From: a virus
Taxonomy: Duplodnaviria; Caudoviricetes
DNA: 64,000 nt
Reading direction: 5' to 3' (one strand)
Virus record (IMG/VR): IMGVR_UViG_3300025418_000839
Location: 1-64,000 of that record
Shown one piece after another: positions 36,358-46,506 of the stretch. The position numbers and the translations under genes are program-made. Each line of letters begins with the position of its first letter. The first letter of the stretch is position 1. Under the pieces are notes generated by a model. It was not told the origin of the DNA. It worked only from the letters and a program-made list of their open reading frames with translations, and ran no database searches.

Positions 36358-37278
36358 TTATTTATTGCTAGTTCGTAATAAATCTAACGTCACACAATGA
36401 AATCCGCCTCCTAAGGTGCGACTATGACGTAATTCCAAGGGTATAACTGTAAATCGATGATGTTCTAGTGTTGATATTAACTGTTGTTGATGCCGATCCA
36501 CTATGACTGTGTTGGGATCAATTACCAGCATATTCATAGCAATCCATTTGCTAGCATACGGGTATTGGTAAAAGTCCTGTGCTGCAACTTCGTTAACCCA
36601 AATCTTTTCCCAGGATTTTAAACATTCAGGTACTGTTGCTTCTGTTACACGACTAGCATTAAGCATTACCAATCCCTCACGTAAAGGAACAATGGTTGAG
36701 TCAATATGTACGCCAGCATAGAAGTTACATAATTCAATGGTAACCCCGGGAAACTGATCGCACAACCATTCGTATGCTTTACGATTGCCCGATGCCGATT
36801 CTAAAAATAACCAAGTGTCATTTAAACGACATACGTTAGCTGCATCAAGTATCATCCCTTGATCTCTGGGCATACGCCTAATGTCGTGTGACTTGTGCGT
36901 TACTTCATTTAAAGTAACTATTTCTTGATCGCGACAAGGATACATCATTGCAGGATCTACAATAGTATTGCCCCAGATTAAGAGTCTGTCACGGGGACAA
37001 TAATTGTACATACCGCCGGTTACTGGGTAGTTGCGTGGGCTAGGACGTATAACGTCTATACCAAGACTATGTAGTGTACGTGCTAACTCATTTAAATCTT
37101 CGTTAGCTTCGTCTACAATAAAGTCTGGTACTGGACCACTAGGAACAGGTGTTTCTTTCCACAAAGTTTTTTCTGACTCTTGTGCAAACACTGGATCATC
37201 AGATGGCCAGTTTGCATATTTGGCACTACCCACTACTACTGAACGTAATGGATCCCATTCATTATAACTTGATATCAT
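36358..37278 (-). CDS. Amidinotransferase (glycine/inosamine-phosphate amidinotransferase family)
   Basis: SYNEWDPL, CPRD, DAAN, HIDST and C-terminal GGGFHCVTLD. Confidence 0.9.
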   Translation of the reverse strand: MISSYNEWDPLRSVVVGSAKYANWPSDDPVFAQESEKTLWKETPVPSGPVPDFIVDEANEDLNELARTLHSLGIDVIRPSPRNYPVTGGMYNYCPRDRLLIWGNTIVDPAMMYPCRDQEIVTLNEVTHKSHDIRRMPRDQGMILDAANVCRLNDTWLFLESASGNRKAYEWLCDQFPGVTIELCNFYAGVHIDSTIVPLREGLVMLNASRVTEATVPECLKSWEKIWVNEVAAQDFYQYPYASKWIAMNMLVIDPNTVIVDRHQQQLISTLEHHRFTVIPLELRHSRTLGGGFHCVTLDLLRTSNK

Positions 37279-37793
37279 AGGTGCCCGGTTATTTGAAGAG
37301 TGTATCTAGGAGTAGAACCCATATTAGCTGCCATATGCGGAGTATCGTAAGTCCATTCCACAGTATCACCGGCGCACCAATCGGTATACGGTACATCTAG
37401 GTATTCGGCATAGTGTCCAGGTTGCCAATCTTCTAAGAAAATTACTGCACGTCTAATCAACTGTTCCTGGCCCCGTAAGTTGAAAAGTTCTATATATTTT
37501 AAATATAGATCAGAATGTGTAGGAAGTATAGTTCCGGGCATCATACGATAGTAACTGCTACAAACGTCCTTCCATCCTTCAGCTTCATAAGAAGCTATGA
37601 TAAGATTGTTCCACCGGGGTTGAGGACTGCGCATATCGCACATATCACCAGTAAACTTTCCTGGGAATCCTAACTCTAACCAACGAGCAACATTGGGATC
37701 ATCATTGAAAGGTTCGTTAGTATAGTTCAACGACTTATATTTGTCATCCCAAATTTTGGAAATATTATACTTAACTACCACGGGTGTTACCAT
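37275..37793 (-). CDS. Putative Fe(II)/2OG-type oxygenase
   Basis: PGTILPTHSD...PHMAAN...RYTLQITG. Confidence 0.65.
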   Translation of the reverse strand: MVTPVVVKYNISKIWDDKYKSLNYTNEPFNDDPNVARWLELGFPGKFTGDMCDMRSPQPRWNNLIIASYEAEGWKDVCSSYYRMMPGTILPTHSDLYLKYIELFNLRGQEQLIRRAVIFLEDWQPGHYAEYLDVPYTDWCAGDTVEWTYDTPHMAANMGSTPRYTLQITGHL

Positions 37794-38988
37794 AGTGTAT
37801 GACTTTGAGGTTTCCGTTTTGTGGATATCGACGCCATGGATCAATGATGATACTACCTTGATCAAAAATACAATACGCAGGTTGATTATCAGTAACGCCA
37901 GCATATCCGTAGGTTACAATTTGATTGTGTGCTAACAAGATACAACCTTTGACTACTGCTGGATTAGACTCTTCTGTCAAGGGATCGATGTAGACGGGAT
38001 CGATTCCCATTTCTTTTAAGTAACTGCCAACTAATAAACTGTAACTGCCTTCTAGATAGTCTACATTGGGTTTATAGGCTTTGCCGTGAATATAAACAGG
38101 GAGACCTTCGCGATTGTCGTAAATAAATCTGGCCATGTTCTTTGCTTGTTGCTCACGTGCTTTCATAATAGTATCAAAAATATCATAACCTAAGTCTAAA
38201 TTTTCTGCTAGGTAACGCAAGGCAATGTTGTCACGTGGATGACAAGGTCCTGCATCGCCCATGCCTGCTGTCATATACTTAGGTCCCATAATACGCATAG
38301 TTGATTTTGCTAGCGCATCAGTTACTACGTCTACATTAATGTTGCCTTGTTTAATTGCTACGTCTTGAATCATATTCACCAAGCCAATCTTGGCACTAAT
38401 GAATGTATTGTAAAACACTTTGATACATTCTACTTCATCCCATGTACCAACTACGTAACGTGGGTCATTCTCCATTATTGTTTTATAGAAGTCAATCAGC
38501 TCACGGGCATCGCCAGTTTCACTACCATCTTCCGTACCAATCATAACCATCTCGGGGTTAACCATGTCCCACTCTACTGAACCCATAGCAATCAAGTATG
38601 GGTTATAAATGAAACGTGCATTGGTAATGTTGTTCCTCAGTTCACGCCGTGTAGTGCCAGGAAGAACTGTTGAGATAAGGACTACTAATTGTTCAGGTTT
38701 TGCGTATTGGTTAACATCTGCTAATACTTGATTTACGATTGTGTAATCAAAGTCTTTATTCTTTAAATGGGTGATTGGTTGATCACCACCATAAATTGGA
38801 TCATGTGGTGTTTGTACAGCAATAAAGATTAACTCTTTACCTTCTACTGCTTCTTGTAAAGTGGTAGCAATCTTAATTTTGTCGCTAGTACGTGGATAAA
38901 TATCATATCCAACAACATTATGTTTGCTTGCCATAGTTTCAGCACAAGCCATTCCCAATTTGCCAACTCCAATAAATCCTACATTCAT
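37771..38988 (-). CDS. ugd: UDP-glucose/GDP-mannose 6-dehydrogenase family
   Basis: GFIGVGKLG, IAVQTP, STVLPGT, KVFYN, GPCHPRD and AYKPN. Confidence 0.85.
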   Translation of the reverse strand: MNVGFIGVGKLGMACAETMASKHNVVGYDIYPRTSDKIKIATTLQEAVEGKELIFIAVQTPHDPIYGGDQPITHLKNKDFDYTIVNQVLADVNQYAKPEQLVVLISTVLPGTTRRELRNNITNARFIYNPYLIAMGSVEWDMVNPEMVMIGTEDGSETGDARELIDFYKTIMENDPRYVVGTWDEVECIKVFYNTFISAKIGLVNMIQDVAIKQGNINVDVVTDALAKSTMRIMGPKYMTAGMGDAGPCHPRDNIALRYLAENLDLGYDIFDTIMKAREQQAKNMARFIYDNREGLPVYIHGKAYKPNVDYLEGSYSLLVGSYLKEMGIDPVYIDPLTEESNPAVVKGCILLAHNQIVTYGYAGVTDNQPAYCIFDQGSIIIDPWRRYPQNGNLKVIHYGNTRGS

Positions 38989-38990
38989 TT

Positions 38991-40202
38991 ATGTTTTCCT
39001 TAGATAAATTTTATAATATTCTTCACAACAACTTAATTTCTAAATTCAAAAATGGAAATAGTGCCTACTTTTATCCATTTGGTACATATCAAAATATCTT
39101 AACTTTAGGAAACGAAGATTCTGATATGGCTGTTGGGTACCCCCATTTGGGAAAAATATTTTTACATTGTTATTTCTTTGATCAAGAACCCTACGACGAA
39201 AATAGCTTACCAATTTTAAAAAACTCAATCGCAAGACACGACTATACCTATAGTCCCAATCGAATCAGCATACTTGCTAATAGTGAAAAATCTCTTGTTA
39301 AAACCAACTTTATAAATTCAGAAAAACTTTACGATTGGTATTATTTTTATCACGGTTTTGCAGCATTGGATTGGTATAGAGATTTTCAATATATTGAACC
39401 ACAATCATTTAATCGATTTGACAAAGTATTTATATGTTACAATCATCTTATCTCAAATTATCGTTCCTATCGTCTACACCTGGTCAGCAATCTAATAGAA
39501 CAAGACTTAGTTAAACATGGACATGTCAGTTTATTTTTAAAAGATCAATACGGGACCTGGGAAAATACTATACAGAATCCAACGACTCCCCTGGATTCTC
39601 GTGCTCGTGTAAAAATATATAAAACATTAAAAAATATTACTGAACCGTTGATCATTGACACAGAAACTCCTGATGGTACCTTAAGTGCTAATATAAATTT
39701 TAAAGATTTAACCAGTGCTTTATTCCACGTTATCACGGAAACGGTATACTTCTTACCTAAGCTACACCTTACTGAAAAAGTGTTTAAGCCTATTGTTAGT
39801 TGTCGCCCTTTCTTTTTAGTAGCGGCACCAGGTAATCTAGCATACTTAAAAAGCTACGGATTTAAGACTTTTGATCGCTGGATAGACGAAAGTTACGATG
39901 ATGAACCAGATCATTATATACGTATAGAAAAGATCACATTTGAGATTGCCAAACTATGTGCCATGCCGCCGGCACTACTCGAACAGATGTACAAAGAAAT
40001 GCAAGAAACATTAGAATACAATTTTAATCACTTTTACGGTGAATTTAAAGATATTATTGTAGATGAAATGATTGATAACTTTGAACATATATTATATCAG
40101 ATAAACAATGGTCGCCAACCAGGAAATCACAGTCGTTATCACCAGCGTTTTGATTTATCACATGACTACTTACAGGAAGTAAAAACCCGTCTCAAGCAAT
40201 AA
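38991..40202 (+). CDS. Glycosyltransferase-like phage protein, paralog of 33289..34359
   Basis: VITET...LTEKVFKPI...GFKTFDRWIDESYD. Confidence 0.55.
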   Translation: MFSLDKFYNILHNNLISKFKNGNSAYFYPFGTYQNILTLGNEDSDMAVGYPHLGKIFLHCYFFDQEPYDENSLPILKNSIARHDYTYSPNRISILANSEKSLVKTNFINSEKLYDWYYFYHGFAALDWYRDFQYIEPQSFNRFDKVFICYNHLISNYRSYRLHLVSNLIEQDLVKHGHVSLFLKDQYGTWENTIQNPTTPLDSRARVKIYKTLKNITEPLIIDTETPDGTLSANINFKDLTSALFHVITETVYFLPKLHLTEKVFKPIVSCRPFFLVAAPGNLAYLKSYGFKTFDRWIDESYDDEPDHYIRIEKITFEIAKLCAMPPALLEQMYKEMQETLEYNFNHFYGEFKDIIVDEMIDNFEHILYQINNGRQPGNHSRYHQRFDLSHDYLQEVKTRLKQ

Positions 40203-40251
40203 ATACTTGTACATTAAGAGCAGTTAAAACTGTCGTGTTCAAGGAGCTAGT

Positions 40252-40533
40252 ATGGGTGAAATTTTTAAAATTCTCGGAGATTTAGGTGTGCCAGTTGCGG
40301 CAGCACTTGCCGGCGGATACTTTGTATTTTTAACTATCAAATTATTATTACAGGGTGTGCTAAGTTCTGTTAAAGGCATGGCCGGTATTATCACTGCATT
40401 AGACAATCGTGTTAAAACTATGAATCACGACGTTATCCGTATTGATACCGTTGTTAGTAATGCTCTTGGCCTACGTCCAGACGTAGAACGTATTAGTCGT
40501 GCTGATGGCAAAACAGATGCGAGACGTGACTAA
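40252..40533 (+). CDS. Small membrane protein (holin/antiholin-like), paralog of 40830..41144
   Basis: One TM segment, then ALDNRVKTMNHDVIRI. Confidence 0.55.
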   Translation: MGEIFKILGDLGVPVAAALAGGYFVFLTIKLLLQGVLSSVKGMAGIITALDNRVKTMNHDVIRIDTVVSNALGLRPDVERISRADGKTDARRD

Positions 40534-40721
40534 TGAAATACTACGACTACGAGTGGGATATATATCCTAATATGATTTTATTAGATGCAGAACTTAACAC
40601 AGATGCATTAGGTTGGAAAGGCGGAGATTATTTTAAATTAGTCAATGTCAATGGTCAAGTAATGTTAAAAAAAGTAGATCCGCTAGAAAAGTTTTTAGAA
40701 GATGGAAAAGCCGGTGAATAA
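40533..40721 (+). CDS. Small hypothetical protein (AbrB-like)
   Basis: LGWKGGD...VNGQVMLKK; TAATG coupling. Confidence 0.5.
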   Translation: MKYYDYEWDIYPNMILLDAELNTDALGWKGGDYFKLVNVNGQVMLKKVDPLEKFLEDGKAGE

Positions 40722-40830
40722 ATTTGATCCAAATCGGTTACCAATTGCACAGATCTGGACTGACCGGGATCTAGCCAAGTTTGCCTTGATAGCATTTGTA
40801 GCAGGACTAATTATAGGATACATTCTTTAA
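40702..40830 (+). CDS. 42-aa membrane peptide
   Basis: Manual translation with C-terminal TM FALIAFVAGLIIGYIL; the stop overlaps the next ATG. Confidence 0.4.
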   Translation: MEKPVNKFDPNRLPIAQIWTDRDLAKFALIAFVAGLIIGYIL

Positions 40831-41144
40831 TGGGCGATATCAACGAAGTTATTACTAAATTTGGATTTCCAGTAGTCATGGCTGTGGGCATGGGCTATAT
40901 CATTCACTACGTATGGGAATGGGCTACCAAAGAAGTCAAACCAGTTATCAGTGACGCCAATACAGTTCTTATTGCTCTTATTGATCGTATTCGCATGTTG
41001 GACAATGATCTAATCAGACTAAATCAAAAGGTCAACACAGTTCTACACTTACGTGGTAAGTCAATTGAACACGAACGTGTAGCCGCTGAAGCACAAATCA
41101 ATAGAACCGACGAAGATAACGAAGCTGCTAGCGGTAACAGCTAA
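40830..41144 (+). CDS. Small membrane protein, paralog of 40252..40533
   Basis: FGFPVVMAVGMGY TM segment, then ALIDRIRMLDNDLIRL. Confidence 0.6.
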   Translation: MGDINEVITKFGFPVVMAVGMGYIIHYVWEWATKEVKPVISDANTVLIALIDRIRMLDNDLIRLNQKVNTVLHLRGKSIEHERVAAEAQINRTDEDNEAASGNS

Positions 41145-41152
41145 GTATATTA

Positions 41153-41869
41153 ATGAACATAATCATAACAACCTTGGTAATGGTTCAAATTACCATAGCC
41201 TGTGTTACCCTTTACTTGCATAGAGGGCAAGCACACAGAGCAGTCACTTATCATCCTGCGGTAGAACATGTTATGCGTTTTTGGCTTTGGCTAACTACTG
41301 GCATGGTCACTCGTGAATGGGTAGCTATACATCGTCGTCATCACCAGGGTAGCGACACCCCGGGTGATCCACATAGTCCACAGATATACGGTATCTGGAC
41401 CGTGATGTTCAAAGGTGCCTGGCTGTATCATCAAGCCAGTAAAGATCAGGACCTGGTCAAACGATTGAGCATTGGTTGTCCTGCGGATTGGGTTGAACAA
41501 AACATTTATTCTGCACACAGCAAACTAGGTGTTACACTAATGGCTGTAATTGACATCGCTGTATTTGGCTGGTGGGGCCTGGCAGTATGGGCCGTACAGA
41601 TGTTGTGGATTCCGCTCTGGGCCGCTGGTGTTATCAATGGCTTGGGTCACTGGTGGGGATATCGTAATACTGAGACTACGGATACCAGTACAAACCTAAT
41701 ACCGTGGGCCTTATGGATTGGTGGAGAAGAACTGCACAACAATCATCACGCCGATGGTGCCAATGCTTGCTTTCGTCAACGCTGGTGGGAAATAGATCTA
41801 GGTTGGGTTTATATTAGTTTACTTAGACGTGTTGGGCTTGCACGAGTTCGCGGACTTGACACCGTTTAA
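41153..41869 (+). CDS. Fatty-acid desaturase (DesA/delta-9 type)
   Basis: HRGQAH, HRRHH and GGEELHNNHH His boxes. Confidence 0.92.
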   Translation: MNIIITTLVMVQITIACVTLYLHRGQAHRAVTYHPAVEHVMRFWLWLTTGMVTREWVAIHRRHHQGSDTPGDPHSPQIYGIWTVMFKGAWLYHQASKDQDLVKRLSIGCPADWVEQNIYSAHSKLGVTLMAVIDIAVFGWWGLAVWAVQMLWIPLWAAGVINGLGHWWGYRNTETTDTSTNLIPWALWIGGEELHNNHHADGANACFRQRWWEIDLGWVYISLLRRVGLARVRGLDTV

Positions 41870-41984
41870 ACTAAACGACGCCATAAACTTTTCAAGATCC
41901 CCGGCTTGTTCGGGGATTCTGTATTTTGCAAAATACAAATTTAACCAGTACCATACACAGTAATCAATCCAAAGATCAACAAGG

Positions 41985-44036
41985 CTATTTTTCATGAGCT
42001 ATGAATTCCCCCGACCAGTTGTCTGGTAGGTCTTGTTGCTTCATAAAGTCACAACGTTCAATCCATATCTTGTAGTATTTGTCCATCTGTCCGCCAAAGT
42101 TGCCTATTAGCTTCTTGCACATGGCGGCGGCTTCATCGAATTTTTTCTGTTTATATAAGGCATGCATGGCATCATGCTGTTGTTTTTCTTTGGTGTAATC
42201 TTCACCCCGAGTACGCAGTACTGTATAGATCAAATCTGCTACAGTTTTGCCTTTTGGTTGTAGGTTATCTAACAGTAAGAAAAAGAAATCATCTTTTGTA
42301 CGGTTGTATGTTTCGGCGCCAACAATGTTTAAGACCCCGTATGCTTTACAACGTGCTTCTAAGCGAGCAGCAGTTGATACCATGTCACCCAGGATGTCAT
42401 AGCTGTGTCGTTCTGTCGAACCCATCTCACCAATAAAGCCAATACCTGTGTTACAGCCCCAGCCCATTGCGGCTGGAGGTAAACCCTGTGCTTCCATTAG
42501 CTTAGTGTACTCATCAACAGCGTCCAACATATCTAGGCCAACTTGAATGATAGTGTGTGCATGGTTGGCGTCATCAATCGGAGCACCGTGTATGTGCATA
42601 CTTGCATCACCTACATACTTGATAACCATACCTTTGTTATCTAGAATAGGACGACTAATACTATCCATATAGCCGTTCATGTATTTTGTAAGTCCAGCTA
42701 CGTCATCACCATAGTGTTCCCCAATTGGAGTAAAGCCGCGCAAGTCACTGAACATAACCGACACGTCTTTGCGTACACCACGTTTGATTAGTTCTGGATC
42801 TTTTTGTAATAGTTCTACAACTTCTTTAGAGCAATAACCAGCAAACTGTTTCTTGATTGCTTGCTTTTGCAGGAATTCGCTTACGAATTTAACCCCATAA
42901 GTATGTAGACAAACCAATACGAGACCACCAACAACCATAGAAACGTCAACGAGCCAAGCATGACTTCTATACAGATAACCAGAAACAGGAATGATCCCGC
43001 CAATAATAACAACGCTTGAAAAAATGCCAACATAAGTCCACCTTGATAAGAAAATTAATATAATACCTAGAGCTACTAACAGCAGAACTTCTCCGCCATC
43101 TGCCCAATCTGGTCTAGTAATAACAGGTCTATCTTTGTTAGCTATTACAGTTCCTAATACGCTTGCTTGTAAATCTTGTGGCAACATTTCGCCCAAACTT
43201 GTAGCAACAGGATTAGCTAGTCCCTGTGCCGAAACTCCAACAATAACTATGTCGCCTTCAAAATCCTTAGGTAAGTCAGTCATACTATAGTGTTCTGGAA
43301 CTAACGACCAGTCAATCCAGATGCGACTCAAGCTGTCTGTAGTAATAGGACCAAACTTTGGAATACGCATCTTTTCAACACCATTCTCGTTTACCTTGAC
43401 CTGAAAGGTTGTGTCTGCGCCGGCTACACGTAAGGTCTCCATAGCAAGACTTGGATACAGCTTGCCGTCATGTGCGGCAACCATTGGCATACGACGCACA
43501 ACGCCATCTACTTCGGGAAGTGTATTAACAAGTCCTACACCAGCAGCTGCAGATTCTACAGCAGGTATGTTAGCAACAATGCCAGGATATGTTACAAAAG
43601 AATCCAGGCCATAAGGTCCAATAACAACAGAGCCTGGGTTTCGTGCTTCATTCCTATTACCTGTTGACCCAACTGACGGAAGAATTGTTGGATATTGTCG
43701 GAGTGCTTGTACGTATTCCACGTCGTGACCCATGCGATCTCGATCAGGAGTAAGAACATTGAACACCACAAGACCAGCATTACGAGAGTATAAGTCTCGG
43801 ATGAACTTAGCATATACATCTCGAGAGAACGGAAATTGTCCATATTTTTCTAAAGCCTTTTCGTCGATATTTACTACACTTACACCTATTGTTTCGGGTG
43901 CCTTACTAGTTACCAGAGTATCAAAATAACGCAATCGAACTGATTCGACAAAAGTAGGATCGGCTATGCGTAGAGCAGTAACAAGAGCTAGTGTTAGTAG
44001 AGCAGTCCAAGGACTAGTAAGTATTTTTTTGAACAT
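41985..44036 (-). CDS. CHASE2-domain class III adenylate/guanylate cyclase
   Basis: CHASE2 motifs IDEKAL...FPFSR and DGVVRR, three TM segments, then FSDLRGFT, KYVGD and GDMVSTAARLE. Confidence 0.92.
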   Translation of the reverse strand: MFKKILTSPWTALLTLALVTALRIADPTFVESVRLRYFDTLVTSKAPETIGVSVVNIDEKALEKYGQFPFSRDVYAKFIRDLYSRNAGLVVFNVLTPDRDRMGHDVEYVQALRQYPTILPSVGSTGNRNEARNPGSVVIGPYGLDSFVTYPGIVANIPAVESAAAGVGLVNTLPEVDGVVRRMPMVAAHDGKLYPSLAMETLRVAGADTTFQVKVNENGVEKMRIPKFGPITTDSLSRIWIDWSLVPEHYSMTDLPKDFEGDIVIVGVSAQGLANPVATSLGEMLPQDLQASVLGTVIANKDRPVITRPDWADGGEVLLLVALGIILIFLSRWTYVGIFSSVVIIGGIIPVSGYLYRSHAWLVDVSMVVGGLVLVCLHTYGVKFVSEFLQKQAIKKQFAGYCSKEVVELLQKDPELIKRGVRKDVSVMFSDLRGFTPIGEHYGDDVAGLTKYMNGYMDSISRPILDNKGMVIKYVGDASMHIHGAPIDDANHAHTIIQVGLDMLDAVDEYTKLMEAQGLPPAAMGWGCNTGIGFIGEMGSTERHSYDILGDMVSTAARLEARCKAYGVLNIVGAETYNRTKDDFFFLLLDNLQPKGKTVADLIYTVLRTRGEDYTKEKQQHDAMHALYKQKKFDEAAAMCKKLIGNFGGQMDKYYKIWIERCDFMKQQDLPDNWSGEFIAHEK

Positions 44037-44045
44037 ATATTATTT

Positions 44046-44076
44046 AACAAAAAAGCACCCGAAGGTGCTTTTTGTT
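44046..44076. terminator. Rho-independent terminator
   Basis: AACAAAAAAGCACC-CGAA-GGTGCTTTTTGTT. Confidence 0.85.
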
Positions 44077-44091
44077 GTGAGTTAAACTCAA

Positions 44092-46116
44092 TTAAAAGTT
44101 GATGCGTGCCCATGCTTGTATGGCATTGTTTACACCAGAATTAGTTTGCTGAGTAATTGCTTTTAGCAGTATGCTTGAGTTATCAGTTGTCTTATAACTT
44201 AAACTAATCAATTCTGTTTTTTGTTGACGATTGTTAGCACTTAACTCGCTACCAATTGACCAGTCCTTGTCTAATTTTAAGTAATATGCCACACCTGCTT
44301 CACTGGTCCATGTGTGTGAGTTAGTTGGATCATAGGTCATAGCAGTTAATGGGCTGCCAGATTCGGTAACACCATTCATTTGATCATGCTCATAACCTTG
44401 CCCAACAAATGCACGTAGACCACTTAACCAGTCATCTACATTTTTAGCATCTGGTGTGTATAGTCGAGCTGATCCAAAATAGTCATGACCGTTAGTTGTA
44501 CTACTATTACCAAGGCCTAGCGCAGGTAATGTATGATAAGAACTATATTGATTCATAGCATAGCCTAGGTCAAACTTAACTAACCAATCATCTATACTTT
44601 GAATACCATAGATGCCAAACATATCTTTGTATTCGCTACCACCGGCCGAATCACCAGACATATTGCTGTTAGCACGGTTATATTGCCAACCTAATAATAA
44701 ATCACGATCTACAATAAAATCTGCACCAACACCAAACATACCTGTGGTTGCTTTATAGGTATTAATGTTATTAGTCTGCATACCTGTACCGATAATATAC
44801 ACATCAGTATCCTTACCATTACGTAGGCTAATAGCACCATCGTTGATACGAGCACGGCTTAATGGGTCACTAGTCATAGCAGAGTTGATTTGGCTATTAA
44901 CTGTGCTTAACTGATTATACATATCAATACGTGTTGAATACTGTTGGCTTGCTTGACTTGTTTGTTGATTAACAGAATCAACTACTACTGTTGCCACTTG
45001 ATTACCGCCCGTAGTTTGTGTAGTAACAATAGGAGAGCCAGCACTTGTAGTAGTTACAGGAGTACCGTTTGTAGTTGTAGTTGAATTATCACTATAAGTT
45101 GTTACTGTAGTTGGAGTGGTAATAGTAGTAACTGTTACAGGTACGGTAGTAGTTGTTACGGTAGTATATGGAGTTGTTGTAACTGTAGTTGTCTGGACTG
45201 GAGTATAGACATTTGTAGTTACAGTTTTTGTTATCGGCAATGTTGCAGAGGCCTGTCCACGAGCATACGCTGTGTCTTGTGCTGTAGTTGGTGTACCATT
45301 TACACTTGTGCTTGCCACAGCAGATGCACCATAACTAGTTTGGCTAGTAATAACAGGTGCACCATTAGTACTAGTTGTAGTCACGATAGGGGTACCGGCG
45401 GCTGTACTCACTACAGTTGGAGCACTTGGTGCACTTGGTGGTACCGGAGGAGCCGATGGATTACCAGCATTAACCGTTTGATTTGGCTGTGCTATTGGAG
45501 TAAATCCTGCTGAACTAACAGGTACACAAGCACTTGCGGCTAAAGTTACGTTATTACAAGCACCAGCATATACACCAATAATAGCTTGTTGTAAAGAACT
45601 AGCTTGGCTGGTTGATAGTGCATTAAATGAAACGGTATAGGTTATACCAGAACTAACAGTAATACCCTGATAGATACCGTCATAAGATCCAACAGCACCA
45701 TCGTACCATTGACCAGACTGCCAAGTGCCTGCCGCAGCTGGATAAGTACCATTTTGATACCATACACCCCAACCTGTTGGTGCTTGAATAGTTTGTGTTC
45801 CATTATTCGTTGTAACTTGTACCGCACCACCTGCTGACAGACTAGCATTAGTTAACAGGTTTGCGGAACTGCCCGCGGCTGTTACACTAGGATTAGTAAA
45901 AGACCAAAATGCTGGATCTTGTCTAAATGCAAATCCAACATAGTCACTGCCAGAGTTGGCAGCAGTAAATGAGAATGTGTAAGAGTTGTTTACACCTGTT
46001 GCTGGATTTCCTACGTATCCAATGTAACCTGTGGGTAGGTTGCCTAGGCTTTGTGAGTGTGCCGCGAAAGATAGACACACTGAAATGGCCAAGAAGGCCC
46101 GTTTGATTAATTTCAT
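44092..46116 (-). CDS. Autotransporter-like outer-membrane protein with a Thr-rich stalk
   Basis: Signal peptide, carbohydrate-binding-like N-domain, Thr/Val/Pro repeats and an amphipathic beta-strand C-terminus ending in Phe. Confidence 0.7.
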   Translation of the reverse strand: MKLIKRAFLAISVCLSFAAHSQSLGNLPTGYIGYVGNPATGVNNSYTFSFTAANSGSDYVGFAFRQDPAFWSFTNPSVTAAGSSANLLTNASLSAGGAVQVTTNNGTQTIQAPTGWGVWYQNGTYPAAAGTWQSGQWYDGAVGSYDGIYQGITVSSGITYTVSFNALSTSQASSLQQAIIGVYAGACNNVTLAASACVPVSSAGFTPIAQPNQTVNAGNPSAPPVPPSAPSAPTVVSTAAGTPIVTTTSTNGAPVITSQTSYGASAVASTSVNGTPTTAQDTAYARGQASATLPITKTVTTNVYTPVQTTTVTTTPYTTVTTTTVPVTVTTITTPTTVTTYSDNSTTTTNGTPVTTTSAGSPIVTTQTTGGNQVATVVVDSVNQQTSQASQQYSTRIDMYNQLSTVNSQINSAMTSDPLSRARINDGAISLRNGKDTDVYIIGTGMQTNNINTYKATTGMFGVGADFIVDRDLLLGWQYNRANSNMSGDSAGGSEYKDMFGIYGIQSIDDWLVKFDLGYAMNQYSSYHTLPALGLGNSSTTNGHDYFGSARLYTPDAKNVDDWLSGLRAFVGQGYEHDQMNGVTESGSPLTAMTYDPTNSHTWTSEAGVAYYLKLDKDWSIGSELSANNRQQKTELISLSYKTTDNSSILLKAITQQTNSGVNNAIQAWARINF

Positions 46117-46156
46117 TATAGCTCCTGTCGATTATAATCGATCTTATTATGTACTA

Positions 46157-46324
46157 CTATTTATTGCGACGCAAACGTTCTTTTTGTTTGCTTATTTCTT
46201 CTTGATATCGGTTGTGTTCAATTAACTCAAGTTGACGTTCGCGACGTTCAACAAAGTAGTACATGGTATAGGCCGTGGCAATACCAAACAAACCACCCGC
46301 TATCTGTGCTAGACTAGTATACAT
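46157..46324 (-). CDS. 55-aa membrane-anchored protein
   Basis: GAGGAGG SD; MYTSLAQIAGGLFGIATAYTMYYFVERRERQ... Confidence 0.5.
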   Translation of the reverse strand: MYTSLAQIAGGLFGIATAYTMYYFVERRERQLELIEHNRYQEEISKQKERLRRNK

Positions 46325-46505
46325 AAGCAACCTCCTCTAAGAATGGATATTTAATTAAGACAAAATCTCTATACTCTTGTGGTACATAAAATTCTACAAC
46401 GTAACGCTGTATTTCAAAATAGCCACCACAGTCCTGTACATATAAGCTGACTTCATCTAGATTTTCTTCATAGTATTTGTATTTGTTTATGGTAAAGGAT
46501 ATCAC
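46314..46505 (-). CDS. Small hypothetical protein
   Basis: Fills the operon gap; GTG start. Confidence 0.45.
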   Translation of the reverse strand: MISFTINKYKYYEENLDEVSLYVQDCGGYFEIQRYVVEFYVPQEYRDFVLIKYPFLEEVAYVY

Positions 46506-46506
46506 G

